This document shows, piece after piece, positions 11,648-20,000 of a stretch of DNA of 20,000 nt. Within the stretch, counting starts at the first letter, position 1. Each line of letters begins with the position of its first letter. The notes beneath the pieces were generated by a model that was given only the letters and a program-made list of their open reading frames with translations, was not told where the DNA came from and made no database searches. The position numbers and the translations under genes are program-made. The stretch covers positions 59,181 to 79,180 of the forward strand of contig KE560636.1 of the NCBI GenBank assembly GCA_000442015.1, given 5' to 3'. The DNA is from Rozella allomycis CSF55 (taxonomy: Eukaryota).

Positions 11648-11680
11648 ATTATTATTAGACTTATTATTAGAATTCAGTTC

Positions 11681-12090
11681 AAATTTAAATTCATATCCGA
11701 CTGTCGGACTTCGATAGGCGATAAGCAGGCTATTGAACAACTCCTTGGAAGTTGGATCTTTGAAAATTGAAACTGCACCAATTCCATTAAAAGGTTCATT
11801 TGTTACTTTAAATACTTTATAATGAGAATTTTTAGGCATTTGTTTCTTAAATTACACACGATTCTATTTTTGAGAACAAATGTTATAAATAAANAATAAA
11901 ATTTAAATTTATATCCGACTGTCGGACTTTGATAGCGATAAGCACTCCTTGGATATTTGAAAATTGCAACTGTACCAATTCAATTAAAAGGTTCATTTGT
12001 TACCTTAAATACTTTATAATGATAATTTTTAGGCCTTTGATTCTTAAATTACACACGATTCTATTTTTGAGAACAAATGTTATAAATAAA
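11681..12090 (+). other. Diverged duplication flanking single N 11894 (probable allelic overlap, intergenic)
   Basis: 11681-11893 vs 11899-12090, with about 10 substitutions and 3 indels counted by eye. Confidence 0.75.
11914..11926. promoter_or_regulatory. Palindrome TCCGAC-T-GTCGGA (also at 11696-11708)
   Basis: GC-rich 13-nt palindrome in AT-rich intergenic DNA, identical in both otherwise diverged copies, about 200 nt upstream of ATG 12130. Confidence 0.45.
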
Positions 12091-12129
12091 CGATGGTACA
12101 AATACGAGGAACATGCCCCGTTTCGTTTC

Positions 12130-12978
12130 ATGTACAAAACAACCGCCTTGTCTATTTTACTTGCCACCATTGTATCTGCCGGCGACTACTCTAGCAGCGA
12201 GACCCAAGTAGGAACAATAACAACATACTATGGTCCCAAATATGGGCATTTGCCAGACAGCGGCGGTGACCAAGTTGCATGTCCTGGAATTAAACCCGAC
12301 TGGCACAATGATCCGTACATGGCTGCCATTCCAGTAAGCAAATATGAAAACGGCAAGCATTGCAACAAAAAGATGAGAATTTGCAACGCCAACAATCGCT
12401 CCAAATGTGTCACGGTAAGAATAGTCGACTCGTGCGCTGGCGATGCTTGCAAAGAATTTGACTTGTCGTCTACTGCGGCTGAAGAACTCGGAGGTGATAA
12501 TATCAAAGTTGTGTATGGCCCAGCTGATGGAAGCCTTAGTGAAGAAACTGAGACTGTTTCAAAGGTACCAAAACACAATGTTTCTGCCAGTGAAACTAAG
12601 GTTTCTGCTGAAACTGTAACACCAACCGCATCTGCAACAACTACGACACCATGTCCTGAAGAAACAAGGTCAACGCAAGCATCAACTGAAGCATCAACAA
12701 CGCCATGTCCAGATGAACATGTTAGCGAAACATCAACAACACCATGCCCGGAGGAGACAACGGCAACAGAAGAGGGAAAATCTACCTCAACAACCACCCC
12801 ATGCCCAGAAGAAGATTCTTATCAAAATGATAAAGAAACTGAAAAGGGAGAAGAAAAGGAAAAGAGTACATCTGAAGTAATTGGGGACCAATTCGGAGGC
12901 TATGTAAGTGCTTCAAGCACCATTGGTTACTCAATTGTAGCGCTCTTGTCGATGTTTGTATTAAATGTTTATCAATAA
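12130..12978 (+). CDS. Secreted, probably GPI-anchored DPBB (RlpA-like/expansin-like/loosenin-type) protein with Thr/Glu-rich stalk, 282 aa, no intron needed
   Basis: Signal peptide MYKTTALSILLATIVSA. DPBB-type motifs GTITTYY, AC, YMAAIP, HCNKKMRI, CVTVRIVDSC, FDLSSTA. Four TTPCP(E/D)E repeats and hydrophobic C-tail SASSTIGYSIVALLSMFVLNVYQ. Confidence 0.85.
   Translation: MYKTTALSILLATIVSAGDYSSSETQVGTITTYYGPKYGHLPDSGGDQVACPGIKPDWHNDPYMAAIPVSKYENGKHCNKKMRICNANNRSKCVTVRIVDSCAGDACKEFDLSSTAAEELGGDNIKVVYGPADGSLSEETETVSKVPKHNVSASETKVSAETVTPTASATTTTPCPEETRSTQASTEASTTPCPDEHVSETSTTPCPEETTATEEGKSTSTTTPCPEEDSYQNDKETEKGEEKEKSTSEVIGDQFGGYVSASSTIGYSIVALLSMFVLNVYQ
12643..12813 (+). repeat. Four coding repeats TTPCP(E/D)E
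   Basis: Units start at about 12643, 12697, 12736 and 12793, with synonymous divergence. Confidence 0.9.
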
Positions 12979-12992
12979 AGTGGATTAATAAT

Positions 12993-15583
12993 TTATTTTC
13001 GTTTTCCTTTTTGATTTTTAGCTTGAGGCATGTCACGGAGTTTTTTGAACTCTTGCATGAACTGGTCAGCATCCATGAACACGTTCTTGAGCAATTCTCT
13101 CTTTCTCTTTTTCTTTTCCTTGTTTAATGCTTTAGGATCTTTTNAAACTCTTGCATGAACTGGTCAGCATCCATGAAAACATTCTTGAGCAATTCCCTCT
13201 TTCTCTTTTTCTTTTCCTTGTTTAATGCTTTAGGATCTTTTTCTTTTTCAGCTTCTTCAATCATTTCCTTTTCCATTTCTTCAAAGTCTGCAGCTTGTGA
13301 TTCTTCGTCAGAAAATGAAGCGAATTGATCGTCATTGTTTTGATCGTCTGAAGGAAGTTCATCATCCATATCTGAAGGCATTTCTTCATCAGATGGCATA
13401 TCAAATCCATCCATTTGCTCATCATCTTCATCTTCATCTAAATCGTCCATATCTTCCATGTCATCATCATCCAATTCTTCCACATCTTCATCATCTAAAT
13501 CTTCATCATCTTCATCATCTAATCCATCAGTGTCTTCATCGTCGTTCTCTCCAATGCCACCCATTAAAATTCTATCAATTTCTTCTTCCATGTCATTTTC
13601 AAAATCTTCTTCGTTTTCAAAAGTTTTTTTATTCTTCTTAACTTGAGGTTTCATTTTAAAGTAATGATAAAAAAATAATTCTTCAACTGGAACTTGTGAC
13701 GCTTGAAGCTGCTCAATGACACCCTGGTTAACTGGCCTGTCAAATAGTTTCTTAATCATTGAAGAATTATCTTGTTCATTTAATTTGATAAACGGAAGAG
13801 AGACTTCTTTTGCTTGTAAGAGAGATTTGGATTGTTTAACTTGCTTTGGATTCTTGTAAATAAATCGATCTAAAAACATCATAGGCGTGTAGTGCTGTAA
13901 GGGATCCACAGAACATTCAATTAAACCTCCAGAAAGCAATCTTTTAGCATATTGAGCTACCGTTGGATGGAAATGTTCTTTCAAGATGGAAATCTCCCAT
14001 AAACATACAGAATTGGCTCCAGTGAATGCAGGATCTCTTTTAGAAGCATCGTAAGGATACTTTTCATCATCTTCTAATTCTTCTGGTGTGGTTAACATAG
14101 TTCTCAACCCTGGTTTCAATTTGAATATTTCAGAGACAAAAATTAGTGAAGTGCAAATGAATGGAACATCATGCATAGCACTAACAGACAACAAGCGTTT
14201 TAAAAATGATTGAATTCTATGAGTATTAGAATCTGAGCTAACTGCTTTATACAGAACATTAAAAAACAATGAAAAATTAGAATGATTGTAAAACCTGAAA
14301 TTTCAGAAAAATGATTTCAATACCTGTGGTCTAAAATAAATTCATAGAGAGCACGAAGAAATCTATCCATCAATTCAGGAGAATGACATGCAATTTGATA
14401 AAGTACATTCAACGCTTGAATAGATGTGTTAAAAGCGCCAGTATGAATCATTTTAAACAACACATTCAAATGCTCAGTCAATGTTGCGGATTTATCTGAA
14501 AATGGATAAATTCTGTGTACCCCTGTCAAAATGGCACTAATAGATCTATCGTTATCATCCTTTTTAACAATCTTATTAAAAGAAGTTAAATACAAGTTAA
14601 TTAAATAATTAGCCACCTCTTGTTCACCTTTTCCAATTACAATCTGACTCAAAGTTAAATAACCATAATAACTTTTAACGAGACATTAAAAACCTTACTG
14701 GCATTCAATATTAGAAAATTGTCTAACAAAAAACGCTTCTATTTCTTTAATGACAATCATTTTCATCATCGGATGAGATTGAAGAACTTGAGTTAACAAA
14801 TACGACGCTCTGGAAGACACTTTATGCTCAGGATCTCCCAGTTTATTTGTTAACAGCGTAAGCATATTTTGTTCTTGTTCTGGCTTTGCAACTAGCATTT
14901 CATACAATACGTTCACTGCTTTATACTTTACAAAATAAAGTGGATCGACTGAATATGCCTTTTCAACCAAAAATTATCTTTTTACTTCTAACAATTTAAC
15001 AAACTTAAACATCAAGGCTTTCAAAGAATGTTCAAAATAAGCCATGGCCAAAATTTTTGGTTCTTTTGTAAACGGATATTGATGAAAATTTCTTTTTACA
15101 TAAAGTAATATATCTTACAATAACTTTCTGTCAGGCAAAACAACATTGAGCAAAAGTTCCTTTAGCACATCCACAGCCATAGTCGCTTCTTTTCTATTCT
15201 TCTTTTCCGCCATTGCCAAAAGTTGCTCCAAAAGGCTCAGAGAGTGAAACGGAGAAGATCTTATTTTGACAGAAAGCGCACCCACTTTATCTTTCAAAGC
15301 ACCATTTCTCAAGATCGACTGATACCAATCTTCATCAGATCTTGACAATGGAAACACTATTTCCCCAAACATTATAAATTTTACGCTTTTTGTATAATTC
15401 AACATCTTCTTCGTATAACTTTTTGGCTTCCTCTAAAACTGACAAATTCAAACGAGTTGCATCTGTTGGAATTTCAGTTGTAAACCAGGGTTTATCAATA
15501 GGCATTAATATTTTCGGCTTGCTGTCACTGTTATTTTCTTTTCGATGTGACTTTGTATTTTTTGAATGCTCTTTTTTCGCCAT
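12993..15583 (-). CDS. MAK21: MAK21/NOC1 (CEBPZ) 60S ribosome biogenesis factor
   Basis: Motifs GALKDKVGAL, LPDRKL, KPEQEQNMLTLLTNKLGD, LTGVHRIYPF, FNTSIQAL, YDASKRDPAF, HFHPTV, FLDRFIYKNPK and acidic tail. Introns 15357-15384, 15092-15118, 14959-14985, 14672-14698, 14295-14323. After collapsing the N13144 overlap the C-terminus is ...QEFKKLRDMPQAKNQKGKRK*. Start (MAKKEHSK) is less certain. Confidence 0.93.
13047..13241 (-). other. Near-identical duplication flanking single N 13144 (probable allelic overlap)
   Basis: 13047-13143 vs 13145-13241, with four differences, all synonymous in the MAK21 frame. Confidence 0.85.
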
Positions 15584-15756
15584 ATTTTTTGCCAAGCCAC
15601 TTTTGCGAATATGTGTTGAAATAACCAAATAAAACTACCTGATAATAATACTAGTTTAAATGATTGATTTATAATCATTTATAATCAATAATGGCATTTT
15701 GAAAAAAACAATTTCTTTTCGTTGCAATTCCTTTAACCAAATTTCGTAATTGCGAA

Positions 15757-18700
15757 ATGGCCGACGCAAAATACTTTACTCGGGGTAAACACTCTTCAAA
15801 ACACTAAAAGGCAAAATTGATGAATTGCGCGCTGATTTAACAAACGACAAGAAGGATCCCAAGTATACATTGAAAAAGTCAGCGATGAAGCGTATAGTAG
15901 CGAATATGACCATGGGAAACGACATGTCCTTGTTATTTCCCGATGTGCTTGCGTGTATGCAGATCCCAAGTTTGGAGGTGAAGAAGATGATTTATTTGTA
16001 TATTATTAATTATGCGCGATCGGCGCCTGATCTTGTTATAATGAGTGTGAATTCATTTATAAAGGTAGATAGATGTGGTTTTGTGTAGAGGATATGATGG
16101 ATTCGAATCCATTGATTAGGGCACTGGCGCTGAGAACGATGGGGTATATCCAGGTTGATAAGATGCAGCAGTGTGTATGTGAGCATGTGAGAAAGATGGC
16201 AAAAGATGAAGATCCGTATGTGAGAAAGACTGTAGCACATACATTTGCGAAACTGTATATGAGTAATCCAGAGCTGTTTGAGAGTGAGGGCTTTATTACT
16301 GATTTGAATGAAATGTTGGCAGATAATAATCCAACGGTAAATGATGAAGATAAGGGATAAAGGTTGTGGCAGCGGCGTGTGCTACTTTGGTGGAGATATA
16401 CGATAGAGACAAGGAAGAACAGCATGTGATTGAATTGAAGACTGTTAATATGATATTAGCCGCAATGAATGATTGCAACGAGTAAAATGGGGTTTAATTT
16501 AATAGAATAGATGGGGAAGTACGTGTATTTTAGAAATGTTGATGTTTTATGTTCCCAGGGTGAGTGAAGATGCGGAGTTGGTGGTGGAGAGAATAACGTC
16601 GCGACTTCAGCATGCCAATTCAGGTGTTGTGTTGGGGGCAGTTAAAGTGATAATAAAAATGTTGAATTATATTGAGAATGAAGAGATGAGAATGTTGGCA
16701 TGTAATAAACTGGGGCCACCGCTTGTGACGTTATTGAATTCATCATCAGAGATCCAATATGTGGCATTGAAGAATATATTTTTAGTTTGTCAGAAATATC
16801 CAAATTGTTTTAAAGAAGGAATAAAAATATTTTATTGTAAGTACAATGATCCAATCTATGTGAAATTGGCGAAATTGGAAGTGATGATGCAATTGATTAA
16901 TGAAAAGAATTATGAACAAATATTGATAGAGTTGAAGGAATATGCGAGTGAGATTGATGTTGATTTTGTTAGAAAGAGTGTTAGAACGATTGGATTGTGT
17001 GCAGTGAAGATTGAAAGTGCAGCAGAGAAATGTATTTCTGTTCTTGTTGAATTAATTGAAAGTAAAGTGAACTATGTAGTACAAGAAGCTATTGTTGTTA
17101 TTAGAGTAAGATGATTAGTTTTATTTGAAAGGATATATTTAGAAAATATCCCAACAGATATGAATCTATAATAGGGATTCTGTGTGATAATTTGGATAGT
17201 TTAGATGAGCCAACAGCCAAAGCATCGATGATATGGATAGTTGGACATTATTCAGACAGAATACAAAATGCGAATGAATTGTTGCAAGTATTCTTGGAAT
17301 CATTTAATGAAGAAACAGAACAAGTTCAATTATCACTTTTAACAGCAATAATAAAGTTGTTTATTAAAAGGCCAACAGCTGGCCAAGATTTAGTTCAGAA
17401 AGTTTTAAAATTGTCTACGCAGGTTGATAATCCAGATTTAAGAGATAGAGCGTACATTTATTGGCGTTTATTATCATCTGACCCACAATCAGCTAAATTG
17501 GTTGTATTTTCAGAAAAACCAATTTCAACAGAATCAGATAAATTGGATTCTTTCCTCTTGGAAGAATTGTTAATTCATATTTCTACTCTCTCTTCACTTT
17601 ATCAAAAACCTCCACAATCGTTTCTCGAAAATATTAAGAAACGTCAAGTCCCTGGTCTTAAGGTTCAAACAAGAAAAGAAGTCAACAATAATCAAAATCT
17701 ATTAAACAATTACAATCCTTACAGTATAACTGATGTTTCTCCTGTGTATCGTCAGCCAATGCAAAGTCTATTAGACATTGATGAATCTATCAATGATGTT
17801 CAATATAACAACATGGGTTTCAATAGTAATAGTTATAGTGCTATTGGTTACAATAATAACATTAATAATAATTCTAATATTGTTAATGTGAATAGTGTTA
17901 ACAGTAACGGTGTCAACGCTCTCAATACTAATAATGGTGTCAACGCCCTCAATACTAATAGCGGTGTTAACGCTTTCAATAATAACATGACTTTCAATAA
18001 TAATTCAATGAATACGCTTGCCAACACTAATAGTGTTAATGGTTCATACAACGCTAATTATAATTCAAATAGTAATAATCTACTTGCTGATCTCTTGTCA
18101 TCACCCTTGGATTCGTTACCTCAACAATCATTTAAAAGCCCTATTGATCAACTTTCTTCAATCATTCAACCTCAAACAGTAACAACTTCTTTCAATCAAA
18201 TATTATTGAATGATTCCATCCCCTTCACTGATCCTAAAAAGAAATTCTTGGATCCTTTGAATTCCAAGGGGTTGGAAATTTTTGGTTCTTTCATAAATAA
18301 AAATGGAACNCCTCAAACATTAACAACTTCTTTCAATCAAATATCATTGAATGATGCCATCCCCTTTACTGATCCTAAAAAGAAATTCTTGGATCCTTTA
18401 AATTCCAAGGGGTTGGAAATTTTTGGTTCTTTCATAAATAAAAATGGAACTCTCTTTATGGATCTGAAAATAACAAATCATTCTCTAGATTTAATGTCTG
18501 ATTTTGCTATTCAATTCAACAAAAATGTGTAATTCATTATCTTTCATTAAATAGTTTCGGTCTAAGGCCTGAACATCCAGTTCTTAACATTTCTTCTATC
18601 CCATCAAGACAGTCCATTGAAACTAAACTTAAACTACTCACAGATGGGCCAACTCAATCAATGAATCCTATAAACAACCTCCAAGTCGCAATCAAAAATA

Positions 18701-19122
18701 ACCTCGGCGTTTTCTACTTTCAAACTCAAGTTCCCCTCTTTATCTTCTTCTCTCAAGATGGGCTTTTCACCAAAGAAAATTTTCTCAGTTTGTGGAAAGA
18801 AATACCAGAAGAAACAGTTGCTGATATCCACAATTGTTCTTTCACTGATCTTCCTCATAACGATAGAGTAAATGTTCTAAGAAACAAACTTTTATCCAAC
18901 AATATTTTTCTCATTGCAGACAGGCAAGTTGAAAATAAGGTAATACTATCATTTCTACATGTCTAGTCTGTTTTATATTGCTCTTTAAAACTATTAAATG
19001 GAATGGCTTTCTTTTTAGAATTGACTATTTCAAACACATGCAAACTGGCAATCAAATCTTTCGCAACTCAGTTGATTTCTCCAGTCAGAGATTCTCTCCT
19101 ACAAATAATATCCTCAAAATAA
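15757..19122 (+). CDS. APL1: Adaptor protein complex beta subunit, fungal AP-2 beta (Apl1)-like trunk, with hinge and complete appendage domain
   Basis: [77 protein letters not shown]; ear motifs [35 protein letters not shown]. Introns 15785-15810, 16065-16090, 16337-16362, 16482-16510, 17106-17131, 18529-18554, 18940-18966. AP-2 vs AP-1 assignment rests on N-terminal resemblance only. Confidence 0.88.
17906..17986 (+). repeat. 27-nt x3 coding tandem repeat ([13 protein letters not shown]) in the Asn-rich adaptin hinge
   Basis: AACGGTGTCAACGCTCTCAATACTAAT / AATGGTGTCAACGCCCTCAATACTAAT / AGCGGTGTTAACGCTTTCAATAATAAC. Confidence 0.9.
18170..18450 (+). other. Near-identical duplication flanking single N 18310 (probable allelic overlap; happens to be in frame)
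   Basis: 18170-18309 vs 18311-18450, with five differences (V/L, L/S, S/A and two synonymous). Confidence 0.85.
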
Positions 19123-19197
19123 ATCTATAAATCTTTCAAATGTTCCCTATGTTTTCATGTTTCTATATTTCCCATTTCATCTTACTACCCTGGTTCA

Positions 19198-20000
19198 ATG
19201 TCTACACCTGCAAAGTTTAACGACTTGGCAAAGAGTGCAAACGACCTCCTGAACAAAGATTTTGTTGTCGGTAACATCAAATTAGAAGGAAAAACTACTA
19301 CAAGAGACGGAACAGTACTCATGTCCTCAATCCATCACCTTAGAGTTTCACATTCAATGGAGTCCGTGACAATCAATCAGGATTTCTTATCGCAGACCTC
19401 AAACACAAATACAATGCCCCCGACAGCGGTAACCATCAGTCGCAATTCGAATAATAGGTTTAGCAGTAACCTCCACCGTTTCTACTAACGGCGCATTAAG
19501 TGAACAAGTTGAATTCAATAATGCCCTATTTTCTGGCTTGAAGTTTGATCTGTTCGGCTCCTTTTTGCAAAATGGAAAACACGCACTCAGAACAGGTGTG
19601 GAATACAAGCAAGATTATGTTACTACAACAGCTTCAGCCGATATTCTCAAAGGACCTACCATCTCGGCTGATATCGTTGTTGGCTCTGATGGCGTCTACG
19701 CGGGAAGTGAAGTTGGCTACGATGTTCAGTCAGGCACGTTGACAAAGTATAACGCTGCAACTGCTTACAATGGAAGCAATTACACAGTCTCATTGCACGC
19801 GTAACAATGTTTTAATGTATTAAATCAAGATTAAACTCTTTCAAGACGTTCACTGCATCATATTTTCATCGCGTTAATTCTACCGTGGAAGCCGGTGGAA
19901 AAGCAACCTGGAACTACAAATCTGACAAGGAATCAGACATTACTGTTGAAGTAGCATCAAAATATACACTTGATAAAGACTCCTACATGAAAGTAAAATT
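19198..20000 (+). CDS. POR1: Mitochondrial outer membrane porin (VDAC), 3'-partial
   Basis: MSTPAKFNDLAKSANDLLNKDF N-terminal helix, GLKFDL, KGPTISADIVVG, AGSEVGYDV, SYFHRVN. Introns 19315-19343, 19429-19457, 19801-19829. Runs off the window end. Confidence 0.95.

Noticed and set aside
11929..12129. N-terminal extension of the DPBB ORF from TTG 11929
   Set aside because: Non-ATG start in duplicated intergenic DNA whose other copy has indels; ATG 12130 gives a clean signal peptide.
12228..12797. 189-aa antisense ORF (also 13297-13646, 17848-18051 and other short opposite-strand ORFs)
   Set aside because: Shadow frames of low-complexity or repetitive coding sequence with no independent signal.
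13124..13144. MAK21 ending ...FXKILKH as in the ORF track
   Set aside because: Artifact of the duplication at N13144; the collapsed frame ends at the stop 12993-12995.
18170..18450. Genuine internal 47-aa duplication in beta adaptin
   Set aside because: Same single-N overlap pattern as the other three junctions; being in frame is probably chance.
148..19829. Stop-codon reassignment or programmed frameshifting to explain fragmented ORFs
   Set aside because: Internal stops fall within removable 26-31 nt GT-AG segments, and the standard code gives conserved motifs after splicing.

Overview
Eukaryotic, AT-rich, extremely compact fungal-type DNA; there are no prokaryotic features. The ORF track is fragmented because genes carry about 44 tiny GT-AG introns of 26-31 nt. 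Splicing them by hand gives, in order: kinesin-14 (+), COG2 (+), a small orphan ORF (+), a signal-peptide / beta-trefoil-like / HECT E3 ubiquitin ligase (+), eIF2B-alpha (-), a division-2 (class IV-like) chitin synthase (+), a GPI-type DPBB/expansin-like protein (+), MAK21/NOC1 (-), AP-2 beta adaptin (+) and a 3'-partial VDAC porin (+). Tiny introns, 14-33 nt intergenic gaps, a division-2 chitin synthase and apparently heterozygous contig overlaps suggest an early-diverging, reduced, probably endoparasitic fungal relative such as Rozella; this is inference and not verified. The best candidate for new biology is the 4.4-7.3 kb island: an apparently secreted, catalytically intact HECT ligase (candidate host-targeted effector) preceded by a diverged HECT-less small paralog that shares its duplicated upstream region. 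Other signals are apparent length-based 3' splice-site choice, poly(A) hexamers fused to stop codons, and four single-N duplications that are probably allelic assembly overlaps.
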